IMG/VR virus record: IMGVR_UViG_3300009537_002640
Span: 62,001-126,000 of that record
Strand: one strand, 5' to 3'
DNA length: 64,000 nucleotides
Positions 46,179-57,100 of this stretch are shown here, piece after piece. A program made the translations under genes and the position numbers. Positions within the stretch are counted from its first letter, which is position 1. Each line of letters begins with the position of its first letter. Under the pieces are notes generated by a model. It had not been told where the DNA came from. It was given only the letters and a program-made list of their open reading frames with translations, and made no database searches.

Positions 46179-47504
46179 TTATTCCTCCGGTTCCTCGTTT
46201 ATCATCTGCTCGTCGTAATTCATAGGCTTGGTTAATTGTCCATCCATCTCATCATATAAGGCTGTCACTTTTTGTTCAAGAACCATTAATGACGATTTGA
46301 CACTGGTGCCCTGATAAGCAATATCACCCTTGATTTTTGCTAGTCTATCCTTGGCTTCTTGGTTTAATAGCCCAATCAGTTGATCTACATCCATCTCAAT
46401 GAGTGCGGTAATAACAACAAGAATATCTACTCCAGATATTCCTGTAAAGCTGCCCAATATAAGAGACAGGGTTTTGTAAGACCCCTTAAGAGTTTGTTCC
46501 GCAGAGGCTTTCTTCATTTCTACCTCTTTCCTATTTTCTTCCTCTGCTCCATCTTCCTCCACAGTGGTGCTACCCAACAACACTTCTGACGCTAATAATC
46601 CTGCCTTCATGTTATTAACACCGTCATCAAACGTATCATCAAATTCAAATAAGCCTATCAGCGATTCTTTCACAGCCCTATTTAACTGTAGATTAATATC
46701 CTGTTGGTCTATGTCCCCCAAATCCTCTTCATCATCTTCCCTAAGCTCTGTCACAGGATTCTGTTCAGCTATAGGGCCAGTTTGTATATTTTGCTTCGTG
46801 CTGGTTTGCGTACCACCTACTTCCGTGGCAGCATCATATAACAGCTCTGGAATGGCTCTTAGGGAGGATTTTAAACTACCCACTAATAGCTCAGTGAGAG
46901 TGCCTAAATCACCAGTAACCCCTGGTAGAACCTGACTTTGTTCTGAAGAGTTTACTACTCCAATACCCTTTAACTTCATTAGTATTATGGTTTCCAGTAA
47001 TGGCCGTTTGTATTTAGACCCACTCTTCTCCAACTCTCTCTCTTTCAAAAAAGCTCCGGCAACCCTTCGACTTTGCGGAAATATCTCCAAGTTTCCATTA
47101 ACCACAAATGGTTTTAGTGGAAGCCTAACCCCCAATGTCTCTCCATCTTTTAGGCCACTGTTTAGTTTTTCAGTAGTTTCTAGTAGAAATTTTTTCTCGT
47201 CTTCCACCTTAACTGTAGCAGTAGCTCTCATTTGTCTCGTGCTTAAATCTTGTTCGTAAGTTCTAAAAGACAACTCGCTCTCGGGAAATATGTTAGCCAC
47301 GCTGTTTTGATCTCTTGGAGGCGCCTTAGGATTTGTCTCAGACTTTATCACTGCCGGTAACCCTACGGCTCTGTAGAAAGCATTAATCCTAGATTCAGCT
47401 GGTATTATATTTCCAAACTTACTTCTAGACCTAATGGAGTCAATAACCTGCATAGCTTTGACAGATACCTGTTCAAAGTTGAAATCAGTATTCTTGTCAG
47501 CCAT
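46179..47504 (-). CDS. Hypothetical virion protein (helical, acidic)
   Basis: 441-aa ORF inside the baseplate operon. Confidence 0.65.
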   Translation of the reverse strand: MADKNTDFNFEQVSVKAMQVIDSIRSRSKFGNIIPAESRINAFYRAVGLPAVIKSETNPKAPPRDQNSVANIFPESELSFRTYEQDLSTRQMRATATVKVEDEKKFLLETTEKLNSGLKDGETLGVRLPLKPFVVNGNLEIFPQSRRVAGAFLKERELEKSGSKYKRPLLETIILMKLKGIGVVNSSEQSQVLPGVTGDLGTLTELLVGSLKSSLRAIPELLYDAATEVGGTQTSTKQNIQTGPIAEQNPVTELREDDEEDLGDIDQQDINLQLNRAVKESLIGLFEFDDTFDDGVNNMKAGLLASEVLLGSTTVEEDGAEEENRKEVEMKKASAEQTLKGSYKTLSLILGSFTGISGVDILVVITALIEMDVDQLIGLLNQEAKDRLAKIKGDIAYQGTSVKSSLMVLEQKVTALYDEMDGQLTKPMNYDEQMINEEPEE

Positions 47505-49447
47505 TAACGACCTCCAGGCTCTCTATCTGAACTAGAGCCGGTAGCAGACTTAGTTGTCTGTCCCACACGCGAAACCTTGCGACGTTTTGGTAGGATAGAA
47601 TCAGCAATGAACTGTACCTCTAATTCTTTCACCACCTCAGTATTGCCATCAAACGTAGTTATGAAGTCTTGATTGACCTTTGCTGAAATAGTAGCAACCC
47701 CAGGAAATGGTGAACTTAACTCGGCAGTAATTTGTCCTGTTGCATTGTTACGCTGTTGATTAGCCAAAGTTCCAAAGTCGGTAAATATATCAACAGCGAC
47801 ATCAACCCCGTCTGGAATGTTTTTAGCTATAGTTGCTCCCGTAAAATCTCTAGGTGTAACTATAACTGTGGCTATATTATCACCGCCGCCTGCCTTGACT
47901 ATATTTTTATCTACAGCCAGTTCACTAGTCACCCTGTCTGTAGACCTTGCAATAACAGCGTTCATAATGGTCTTTAGGTCGTTCTGAAAGCCAAACAACC
48001 TATTGATTAAAAAGTCCTGTTCTTCTTGAAATCCAGATATAACTGTGTCGATAGGTATCGCAGGATTGGGCAAATCATTATTGTTTAAAGTCCTAAGCCT
48101 CGCAATAGAACCATCCAGGTCATCATTAAGGTCATTAACATCACCTAATAAATTGGCCGCCTCAGGGTTTTTATCTAAAGCAGAAAGCTCTGTATCGCCC
48201 ATGCGTGCTTGAAGTTGAGAAATAACTGCCTCAACATCTGGATGACACCCTACCCCTATAATATTTCTTCCAACTAGCATAGGATAGTTTGGCACAATTT
48301 TGTAATCAACCAAGCCTATCTTTGTAATTAAAATAGGGTTAATGGTTACTATAACATTCCCATATGTTTTAGCTATCGGTGATGTTATAGTATTGCCCCT
48401 CTTATCTGTAATTTCCAGATTAAAGTGAGCAGTGTTTCCATCCCCACCAAATGGAGATGCTTCATCTACAGGCTCATCTAGCTGCGGGTCTAACTGAGAT
48501 TTAAAATCCTGCAAGAACGGACGTATTTCAGGTATTCGAGCATTCCCATCCAATGTTATCACCAGATACGCAAAGAAGGGGATAGAGTCACCAAAAAAGG
48601 ATGGTATCAGTATAGCCGAACCTTGCGGAGGATCCTTTAGCACCTGAGGACATTCATTTGTTGTGTCGCTCTCATCACAAGGATAATTTTCATCTCCACC
48701 ACGTGGTAAGCTTCCACGAGAACAATCGGAACGTTTACCACCAGAACACGGAAAGCCAGTAACTAGTCCCAGCAATAAGAATATAAGTTCTAGTAGCGGC
48801 AACAGTAAAGCTAGAATGCCAAACCTGTTCGCTAAATCGGTGATTACTTTTTCAATCATCTGCTGGCAATTTTGTATAATGGCCTGTCTTTCTTCTATAC
48901 TTGCACTAGCAGGTATGCCACTTAGTTCTTTTATGCACGAAATTATCAGCTGAACAGTTGGAACTATCTCTGTCATTATGAAAAACACTATAGCCAAGAT
49001 AGCCTTAATTGTGCTCAGGATAATAATGATGCCAGCAAACGGTGGGAACAGGGAAATAAAAGGAGGTATCCATTTTACAAACAATCTAATTACTGCAGCA
49101 ATAACAGCAAATGGATTCATCATAGCACACATAATTTCTATCAGTCCACGAATAACACCTAAGATAGGTAATATGAGTCCATATGCAGAGATGAATGGCG
49201 CGACCACAGCAAGCATACTATTGATAGCACTACCCATATTTTGCGATGACGCAGGCTCTGCATAACCTTTTAGTTCACTTCCACCCGGAAGCTGATACTG
49301 AATTAAGGTTTCGTTATTACGCTCATTAGCATTGTTAGGCTGAGTATCAGAATCATATGGGGCATTATAGTTAGGCCCAGCTAATTCTAAGATAGTCTGT
49401 ATGATGCTAAGTGCTGTTGGATCCTCTATGAAATGAATATTAACCAT
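47504..49447 (-). CDS. Virion protein with long hydrophobic helices and C-terminal invasin-type Ig domain
   Basis: Hydrophobic at about aa 75-160 and 208-232. C-terminal ATVIVTPRD..G..VDIFTDFGTL..GQITAELSS..PGVATISAKVN. Confidence 0.65.
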   Translation of the reverse strand: MVNIHFIEDPTALSIIQTILELAGPNYNAPYDSDTQPNNANERNNETLIQYQLPGGSELKGYAEPASSQNMGSAINSMLAVVAPFISAYGLILPILGVIRGLIEIMCAMMNPFAVIAAVIRLFVKWIPPFISLFPPFAGIIIILSTIKAILAIVFFIMTEIVPTVQLIISCIKELSGIPASASIEERQAIIQNCQQMIEKVITDLANRFGILALLLPLLELIFLLLGLVTGFPCSGGKRSDCSRGSLPRGGDENYPCDESDTTNECPQVLKDPPQGSAILIPSFFGDSIPFFAYLVITLDGNARIPEIRPFLQDFKSQLDPQLDEPVDEASPFGGDGNTAHFNLEITDKRGNTITSPIAKTYGNVIVTINPILITKIGLVDYKIVPNYPMLVGRNIIGVGCHPDVEAVISQLQARMGDTELSALDKNPEAANLLGDVNDLNDDLDGSIARLRTLNNNDLPNPAIPIDTVISGFQEEQDFLINRLFGFQNDLKTIMNAVIARSTDRVTSELAVDKNIVKAGGGDNIATVIVTPRDFTGATIAKNIPDGVDVAVDIFTDFGTLANQQRNNATGQITAELSSPFPGVATISAKVNQDFITTFDGNTEVVKELEVQFIADSILPKRRKVSRVGQTTKSATGSSSDREPGGR

Positions 49448-49461
49448 GTTTGTCTTACTCC

Positions 49462-51420
49462 TTAAATTACTATATTACCGTTTGGTAGTACAAATCTTTT
49501 TCCTGGTTTCGCTGCCCGAGTTCCTGCCACGGCTTCATCAGCTCCACCACCAAGCCAAATTGTTGTGCCTTCTAATACCAATTGACCTTTAGCCACTATG
49601 GAAAAATCGCCCTTACTGGTAAATAAAGTGTTCCCCTCTATTGCAACTGTTATGCCGGTTTCATCTATGATTATCTTTTGCGGTTCACCACCACTGCGTG
49701 CAAGGTGTATCTCTAATCTTCCTGGTCGCGAGTCGTCGCCAATCTGCATTATTACGTCTCCGTCAGATTGATGAGTTATACTCCTACCCTGTTTATTTCG
49801 GCCAAAATGTGATATCAAACCACCAGCTAAATCCATAACCAACGACTTATTGTCAACACTGTCGGCGCCGATTGATATCTCTGCGCTACCGTCTAAGTTT
49901 ACATTTAGGCTTCTACCACCAGCATTTGCCCCGCCTCCCTCTATAGAGTTATTCAAGGAGGTGGTCATAACCTCACCAGACCCATGCTTACCCTTGCTAA
50001 AAATAGATGAAGCTGTGGTGGTAAGGTCGTGATGAGCAGTACCAGCAGTTATCGTACCAGAACCATCCACTGGCGGCTTATAGGTAGAATTGCTTATCGT
50101 AGGACCTCCTTTGGAAAAAGGAAGCATTTTAACGTCTACTTTGCCAGAATCTCTATAAGTGCCGCTAGACGGATTTTCGTCATCTCTGGTATTAACATAT
50201 CTACCTAATACAGGAATATTACCAGTTTCAGAGCTGGCCGGTATATTAATCTTGGTTAAACCCTCGCCATCAATGTCTATGCTAAAACGGCTGAAATCCT
50301 TACCATTATTGTCACCAGTAGAGCTTTTTGAGGGCTCATTTCCAGACAGCTTCTTGCGAGAGTTTATCTCGTAATGCATCTTTACAGAGCGTCTTAAATA
50401 GGCGTATATGTTGTTTAGGCCCGATTTAGCAGCCGAAGCGTTGCCAGTCTTGATACTATCTGCGTTAGGTACAGGTATAATGTTTCGATTAATGTCCAAA
50501 ACATTACCATATATATCTACAAGTGTTCCCTCTACTTTCTCTATAAGATGATTGTAGTTGTTCAAATTTAGATTTAGAACATCTGTTCGGCGCTCTTGTC
50601 TCGCCGACCTATTTCTGGTTATGTTTTTGAATCCCTTGCCAGGCTGATTTTTGTCACCAGACTCCATAGCAGAGGCTTCATTTTCAAGATTGGTGACGTT
50701 GTAACTCTCAGCGTACTCATAAACAATAGAGCGTTTCTCTACCAAACTGGGATTCCTGATAAGAGGAGCAGATAAGGTTGTAGTCCTGTATGATATGCCG
50801 CTCTTAGGTGAACGTCCTATAGTTCTCAATATCCTATCGTACGCCTCGCCATCTAAGAAATTGAAAGTATTGGTTTCCTGTTCGCGCTCGCCTCTTGCTA
50901 CATTACGTCGGATAACTCCCTCTACACTTCTACCAGCCTCAGTAAACTTAAAGGTGTTGTTCACTCTTGTGAATAATCCTTTAGATACTGTAGATAGTTC
51001 TAAGTTAGAACTCTTCTTGCCAATGTTGGCGCTGAAACTTATATTGCCCTTTCTAAATAAATCTAGTCGAGAACCAGATGGGCCCTTAACACAAATCTCT
51101 CCAGGCTTCATATTCTGAGGATAGGGAGTAGTGTTAATAGATGTATTCTCTACACCCTCAGTATTGAAGTATAGTTCTCTCTCAGGAATACCCTGAACTA
51201 TAAAGGGCTTCTCCATTGGGCCGCGTGCTATAAGAACCGCCTGCCCTACCTCTGGACAAAAGAATATACCACCACCCGACTGTCCTGCCGATGGATGCGG
51301 CATAGGACATCTTATCGTTGGCTCACCGCGTCTATCTGTGAACTCACAATCTACGAAGGTTTTTCCTACCTTTCGTATTATAGCTCGGCGAACATTAAAG
51401 TTTGGTAAACGTCCAGACAT
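49462..51420 (-). CDS. Baseplate spike / gp5-gpV-like protein
   Basis: N-terminal OB-like GIFFCPEVGQAVL, ..PGEI.V.G.SGS; C-terminal beta-strand repeats; follows the hub gene. Confidence 0.7.
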   Translation of the reverse strand: MSGRLPNFNVRRAIIRKVGKTFVDCEFTDRRGEPTIRCPMPHPSAGQSGGGIFFCPEVGQAVLIARGPMEKPFIVQGIPERELYFNTEGVENTSINTTPYPQNMKPGEICVKGPSGSRLDLFRKGNISFSANIGKKSSNLELSTVSKGLFTRVNNTFKFTEAGRSVEGVIRRNVARGEREQETNTFNFLDGEAYDRILRTIGRSPKSGISYRTTTLSAPLIRNPSLVEKRSIVYEYAESYNVTNLENEASAMESGDKNQPGKGFKNITRNRSARQERRTDVLNLNLNNYNHLIEKVEGTLVDIYGNVLDINRNIIPVPNADSIKTGNASAAKSGLNNIYAYLRRSVKMHYEINSRKKLSGNEPSKSSTGDNNGKDFSRFSIDIDGEGLTKINIPASSETGNIPVLGRYVNTRDDENPSSGTYRDSGKVDVKMLPFSKGGPTISNSTYKPPVDGSGTITAGTAHHDLTTTASSIFSKGKHGSGEVMTTSLNNSIEGGGANAGGRSLNVNLDGSAEISIGADSVDNKSLVMDLAGGLISHFGRNKQGRSITHQSDGDVIMQIGDDSRPGRLEIHLARSGGEPQKIIIDETGITVAIEGNTLFTSKGDFSIVAKGQLVLEGTTIWLGGGADEAVAGTRAAKPGKRFVLPNGNIVI

Positions 51421-51426
51421 ATACGA

Positions 51427-54400
51427 TTACTCCTGCACCAACACGGCCTCGATGATATTATTTAGCCCAACTATAGAAGCTGCACTAAAGACCTCATCTC
51501 TAGGATATCTGGATTCAGCTATATTGTGTTCATTAGGATTGATGACATCAATAGGATCATTGTTGCTACTGATAGCTCTAATTTGTCGCTCTGTCAGCGC
51601 CTGGTCATCAAAACTATCCTTATCTAATTTGATAAATTCCTGTTTAGTCTCGATGTACCTGCCACGAGGAGATTTAAACCATGTCCTCATAGCTTCCATT
51701 CTGCGTTTTATCTTATTTGCTTGAGTAGAATCAGTATAATATCCCCGTATCTCTACTTTTGGGAAACCATCTGCAGTGTCAGGACCAATATGAGCAACAG
51801 CCTTAAGCAAAGCATTTTTTAACTGAGTTACATTGTGCAGGGCATACTGTCCATGCAACATATCTATCATTGCAGAATCCCCCTCTTGGTCACCAAATAT
51901 AGCTAGCCCTAAATGTACAACCGGCTTAGCACTTGGAACAGTCTGTCTAATAGTCTTGGTCTTGTTAAATTCTTTTTGTGTTTTGATAAGCGCCTTACCC
52001 ATTACATCTAAAGGAGTAGGTATATACTCTCCCAATGGATGTCCATATTTGAGTTCTAAGGTAGTTTGAAAGCTACCAGAGCCATAATCGAAAGACTGGT
52101 CTACTCTGGTGACATAGTAAAGCATATCACGAGAATTTACATATACCACATCTCCTAGTTGATAAAATTCATTTCCGTAAATGGTTATAGTGCCCCGTAC
52201 AACATTTCTACGCTGCCGTGTAAGCAGCATTAACGCATACGGGGCACATTGGGATTCCGCATCCTTAAAGAAGGGCTTGTTAACCGAGCCCATAGTTCTC
52301 CAACCATATTGTCGCCATAGGTCGAAGTCCGTCGCACCCGCCCACAATACTGGAACTTGTCCGATGTTTCCAGGCTTATCGCCCAGCAAATCTATTTCTC
52401 CAGCAACGTCTATTCTAGTGTACTCTACATTTTCGTCCGATTCTACGAAGTTAGAGGAGATTATTTGGTCATCATATATAATGAATCTCTTAGAGGAACC
52501 TGGCCCCAAGAAATCATTAAAGTCATCCTCTATTATGTCTCTAAAGGGCTCTAAAGCTTCCTCTCTTTCGCTCTTGCTCATATTTGTAGAAAATCTAGAC
52601 GTACCATCACGACCAGAAAATTTATCTTCCTGCTCAGATACTTTAGACAAAGTAGCAGCTAACTGCTGCCTTCGACTAACCAATTGTGAAGTTTTATCAG
52701 TTAAAGCCAACCTCTTAGAGTTTACGTTGGCCGAGCCTGGGCTGTTTAGCTCCTCTATCTCATCTCTTATCTCCTGCTCTTCTGCAGAATTTTCTTGTAT
52801 AGACTCGCCGCCATTACGACTCCTGAGTATATTCATAAACTCCACTACGGTCTTAACTGCGTTCTCTACGCTACCTGATGTGGTTGCTGCACTAGACTTT
52901 ATAGGCTGAAGTTCGAATGCACCAGGACTACTATTATCATCAGTGATCCTTTCCTCTGTGATACGATTTATTTGGTCAAAATTTCCGCCTAGCTTTGTTA
53001 TATTCACAGCTATTTCAGTATCTATGTTCTCCAATTGTTCCTTTAAGGTTTTGGATTTTAGGTTGAACAAAGACCTTAGGAAATCCGGATATAATTGTTT
53101 ACCTTCTCTCTCATCTAGCATAAACAATTTTAGCAACAATGATAGTGGTGTTTTATTGTAACGTGGGGGACGAAAATGTATATGTCCCTGAGTATCACAA
53201 AAGAATTCAAAGTCAAGCGTCTTAGCTACATTTTGACAAATCTCTATAGGAGTTTTGAAACCACTCTCCCACAAGGGCGGTTCTTGTGAATTCAATGACT
53301 GCAGAACAAATGCCTGAATGTCTAAGTCTTTGTCATATTCATCGCCAACTATAAACAGATTCTCATCGTTGTTAAACTTGCATCGAATTTGTGGGCGCAT
53401 TTGTATGAGAGTGTTTCGTAATCTAACAGACCTATCGGATTCTTTTCTGGCCTCAGATTCGCTCTCGGCTGTTTCAGCAGCTACTGTTGTAGCGGTAGGA
53501 TCATTCCCATATATTCTAAGACCCAATGCTTCGCCCTCTTTTGCATGCTGTTTAAACTCTGCCTGTTTCTGGTCTAATCTTTGCTGAACAATTGCTATAG
53601 CATCCTTTAATGCATTCTCTGCTCGCGCTCTATTAGGGTCCGCAGCATCCTTAAATCTAGCACCACCAATGGTATCTAATTGGTCCTGTAATCTCGCCAA
53701 CTCCGAACGAAGATTCCTAATCTCCTTAGAGTCCTGGGTAAGGAAACCCTGTATGTTTACACGCTTATGTAAACTTTTTTGATTTACGTTGATTACTTTG
53801 TAGGGTTGGAAATTTCCCAAAGCCTTGCGGGTGGACTTTTGAATATCAAAAAATGAGTGAAAGTAACTTTCTGCAGAGTTATTTTGTCCGGGAGTATAAA
53901 CTCCTACAGACTTGGCATTTTCAAAGAAAGACTCATAATTGTGAGGAACACCAGTAACCAACAAACTTACTATGTCAGCGGCATCTAAACTGGCAAATGG
54001 CCCACTTTCATTAGAGCCAGTCGTTACAGTAATGCCGTAATCTCTAGCTAGCTTATTGCTCTGGTCATCACTACCATCTAGAGGGCGCTTAAGATTTACA
54101 TCACGAGTTACCGATATGATTCCTTCTTTCCATCTGTATATCATACCTGGCGCATGCTGTTGTATTTCTTGTGCAGTGCCGTCGCCATTATCAGAATAGT
54201 CTTGCACTAAATTCTGTTCAGTAACCTTCTGCCCCTTACGAGAACTAGAATCATCAAAGTGAAGCAAGCCGTCACTTATTCTCTGCTTGTTGGCTTGAAG
54301 CAACTCCTTGCCCTCTATTAAGCCAGTTCCTTCTTGTATTTTAAATGTGTATGGAGTAAGCGGGTCTTCAAGTATTCCCTCTGCCTGGTCTAAACTTGGC

Positions 54401-56172
54401 CTAACATTAATACGAGACATAGCTAACCATTTCATGTTGCTTTGCCCGCTAATATTTAGTGTATATGAGCCACTATTGGCATTATAGTTTTCTGTAACGT
54501 TTGATATCAACCCGCCAAAAGTATGTACCCCTGCATTCCTTAGGAAAGAACTTGTGCGCAATAGTTTGTACAAATCTACCGATATACCTATTTTATCGAT
54601 ACCAAACTGTCGCATCTCTTCTTCTATCATATCATCAGATATATCTCTATCGGTAGCAAACTGTTGAACAAAGTTTGTGCCTGACAACAAGGCATCTAGC
54701 GGGCCAACACCCTCACCGTCTTTGATAGTTTTGCTTCTTATGTAAACATGAATACCATCCATAGGCTGAACTATAGACTTACCAAGATAAAACTTTCGAA
54801 GCTGCCTACGAGCATACTTTACACTGTCCTGGGTATTGACAGCCTTATTGCGTTCATTCATAGCTTGCACAGTTGTGACATACTCATCTAAAAGCTCAAA
54901 TATCTCTACAACTAAACGGTCCTCGGTGATATCCAACTGTTCCAATATAGGTAACTGTAAAAGAACTATTCTAAAATTGTCTTTATTGAAAGTTTCTGGT
55001 AGGTTAGTTATAGTTGCAGTAACCTTGTTTGACGAATAAGACGTTGGGTTTATTTCAAAAACTATCTCTGGAAAATCAGCGTTATTGAGAGGACCAGCGC
55101 TTCCTGCCCCCAGACCAAAGGAGTTAGCTATGCGCTCCTTTCTATGCCTTCTAAGTTCCTCTTCTTTTCTTCGCGCCTCCTCTAATATTTGAACTGGACC
55201 TCTATTTACCTGGCCGCTTAATGCCTCTGGAGAAATACCCTCTTGCAACATCTGCTTTAGAGCTATATCTTCACTATAAGCAAATGTTATAGCCGCATCA
55301 ATATCGTCAGACGTAATTTTCATTATGTTATATGGATCCTGAACACTAAAACTTATAGAGCCAAGCCCTCCGTCTAATGATAATGACGAGCGCAAGTCTG
55401 TAATAGTTGTAAGTTCTATTACGCCTGCGCCGCGTCCTGTGTTAATGGCGTCTGTATCATCAGTATCAACGACCCACGTTGTATTTGTTGCATGCCTAAG
55501 CTTTTCATTTGTTTTTGCTAAGTCCTCCAGGTTCTCAAGAATGTCGTTGTATTTCTTCATTTCCTCTTCAAAGACTTGAACTATATCTAAGAGAAATGCA
55601 GTATTGTTAGGGTCAGTGGCCACAGAAGCCTCTAGGTCTGCGTTTAGTGCATCGAAATTTATACTACGAAGGATATCTATAAGTTGATTTATACGATTGC
55701 TATCAAGCTCTACTTCTTCACTGATTAAGGAAGATGCCTTGGTTAGGGCCTCATATGCTGCAACCTGATTGCACTTTCGCTCAAACAGTAGCTTTGTGGC
55801 GCGCATAAACAGACGCTCTGAGTCATCCATAAATCTGGGATCATACTCGTTCCTTAGCGACCAGAATTGGCGCTTCTTAACATAAACTGTAAGTATTGGT
55901 TCTTGGGTAGTATGGCGCCTGGTTTGAATGTCATCAATATTATCGATGCCAGTGCCAAGAAAAGATGTGCCCGGAACGTTTGTAAAACCACTATCTACAA
56001 ATACGCTCTCTTTGGGCGGAGGTTTGCCTAGACCAATCGGTTGGCCAGTAAGTCTGCTAAAGTTATCTAATATGCCTGAGCTAATGTTACTTAGGTCTTG
56101 GGTAATTTGTGCTACATAATTACCAAAGTGGTCTTCGCGAACACCAGCGTCAGACCCAAAAATGATTGCCAT
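51427..56172 (-). CDS. Baseplate hub protein (gp27/late control D-like) with coiled-coil insertions
   Basis: QPMD.IHVY, FEFFCDTQGHIHFRPPRYN, RQYGWR, RGTITIYGN..QLGDVVY..YYVTRVDQSF..FQTTLELKYG. Confidence 0.75.
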   Translation of the reverse strand: MAIIFGSDAGVREDHFGNYVAQITQDLSNISSGILDNFSRLTGQPIGLGKPPPKESVFVDSGFTNVPGTSFLGTGIDNIDDIQTRRHTTQEPILTVYVKKRQFWSLRNEYDPRFMDDSERLFMRATKLLFERKCNQVAAYEALTKASSLISEEVELDSNRINQLIDILRSINFDALNADLEASVATDPNNTAFLLDIVQVFEEEMKKYNDILENLEDLAKTNEKLRHATNTTWVVDTDDTDAINTGRGAGVIELTTITDLRSSLSLDGGLGSISFSVQDPYNIMKITSDDIDAAITFAYSEDIALKQMLQEGISPEALSGQVNRGPVQILEEARRKEEELRRHRKERIANSFGLGAGSAGPLNNADFPEIVFEINPTSYSSNKVTATITNLPETFNKDNFRIVLLQLPILEQLDITEDRLVVEIFELLDEYVTTVQAMNERNKAVNTQDSVKYARRQLRKFYLGKSIVQPMDGIHVYIRSKTIKDGEGVGPLDALLSGTNFVQQFATDRDISDDMIEEEMRQFGIDKIGISVDLYKLLRTSSFLRNAGVHTFGGLISNVTENYNANSGSYTLNISGQSNMKWLAMSRINVRPSLDQAEGILEDPLTPYTFKIQEGTGLIEGKELLQANKQRISDGLLHFDDSSSRKGQKVTEQNLVQDYSDNGDGTAQEIQQHAPGMIYRWKEGIISVTRDVNLKRPLDGSDDQSNKLARDYGITVTTGSNESGPFASLDAADIVSLLVTGVPHNYESFFENAKSVGVYTPGQNNSAESYFHSFFDIQKSTRKALGNFQPYKVINVNQKSLHKRVNIQGFLTQDSKEIRNLRSELARLQDQLDTIGGARFKDAADPNRARAENALKDAIAIVQQRLDQKQAEFKQHAKEGEALGLRIYGNDPTATTVAAETAESESEARKESDRSVRLRNTLIQMRPQIRCKFNNDENLFIVGDEYDKDLDIQAFVLQSLNSQEPPLWESGFKTPIEICQNVAKTLDFEFFCDTQGHIHFRPPRYNKTPLSLLLKLFMLDEREGKQLYPDFLRSLFNLKSKTLKEQLENIDTEIAVNITKLGGNFDQINRITEERITDDNSSPGAFELQPIKSSAATTSGSVENAVKTVVEFMNILRSRNGGESIQENSAEEQEIRDEIEELNSPGSANVNSKRLALTDKTSQLVSRRQQLAATLSKVSEQEDKFSGRDGTSRFSTNMSKSEREEALEPFRDIIEDDFNDFLGPGSSKRFIIYDDQIISSNFVESDENVEYTRIDVAGEIDLLGDKPGNIGQVPVLWAGATDFDLWRQYGWRTMGSVNKPFFKDAESQCAPYALMLLTRQRRNVVRGTITIYGNEFYQLGDVVYVNSRDMLYYVTRVDQSFDYGSGSFQTTLELKYGHPLGEYIPTPLDVMGKALIKTQKEFNKTKTIRQTVPSAKPVVHLGLAIFGDQEGDSAMIDMLHGQYALHNVTQLKNALLKAVAHIGPDTADGFPKVEIRGYYTDSTQANKIKRRMEAMRTWFKSPRGRYIETKQEFIKLDKDSFDDQALTERQIRAISSNNDPIDVINPNEHNIAESRYPRDEVFSAASIVGLNNIIEAVLVQE

Positions 56173-56181
56173 ATCTCAACC

Positions 56182-57090
56182 TTATATCAGTAATCCGCCT
56201 TCGGTTCTAACTGTAGAGAATCCGTTTAGGGTTCCAGTAGTATTAACACCAAAGTCTGCTGCCAGAGAGCTTCCACCAAATGTAAATGGGGCATTTTCTG
56301 GATGGAATTGCTGCGGCGCTTGTTGGTCAAGTCCAACTAAGGACCTGAGCGCATTGCCAATCCCGTTTATTAATTGTCCCGCAAGATCATCTGCTAATGG
56401 TTCTTTATGCCATGCCATGAAGTTCTTACGATTACCACGTGTCTCTGTAACCATAAAGGTCATGTTGTAATCAAAGAGTCCGAGTTTGCTTATACTTTCA
56501 GTCATAGAGAATTCTGTGAAGAATCCCCTGTATTGTACTCCTTGATAAAATAACATAACACTAAGTGCCAGAGATGCTAGAGAGGGTCTAAGAATGAAAT
56601 TCCTCTCTGACAATTTCTCACTAACAGTTCGTAATGCGTCGCCCGCCGTGTTTAGGTCAAAACCATTTTGAATTGCATCTACTAAGTCTCGTGTTTGAGT
56701 TATGGCCACAAGCTCAAATGCTTTATTTTCCGCACGATAAATATCTCGCAAGGCTTGTATACCTCTTATACCAGAGGAACCAGTAGTGCCACTTAATGTG
56801 AGTTGAGTAAGATTATCTCCCCAGTATTGCATAACAAATCCGCCTTTGGTACGAACACTGCTTATTTGCTTACTCTCTCGAACCTGAAAATTTTCAGGGT
56901 TGATATACATTTGAACACTAGAACCATTAGGCAATCTCCAAGTCATAATCTGTCTATTACGATTAGTGATACCTTGAGCAAGTCTAAAGTTAGGGCCAGG
57001 GGAAAGAGCACGTAATGCTCCACCTACAGCATCGGTTACTTCACCGGCTGTAGATACAAATTCTGATACTCCATCCTTAAAAGTTCCCAT
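56182..57090 (-). CDS. Tail tube initiator / baseplate tube-fold protein
   Basis: MYINPE..RTKGGFV.QYWGD.LT.LTLSGTTG, YRGFFTEFS.TES..FDYNMTF; follows the tape measure gene. Confidence 0.75.
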   Translation of the reverse strand: MGTFKDGVSEFVSTAGEVTDAVGGALRALSPGPNFRLAQGITNRNRQIMTWRLPNGSSVQMYINPENFQVRESKQISSVRTKGGFVMQYWGDNLTQLTLSGTTGSSGIRGIQALRDIYRAENKAFELVAITQTRDLVDAIQNGFDLNTAGDALRTVSEKLSERNFILRPSLASLALSVMLFYQGVQYRGFFTEFSMTESISKLGLFDYNMTFMVTETRGNRKNFMAWHKEPLADDLAGQLINGIGNALRSLVGLDQQAPQQFHPENAPFTFGGSSLAADFGVNTTGTLNGFSTVRTEGGLLI

Positions 57091-57100
57091 AGGTTACTCC

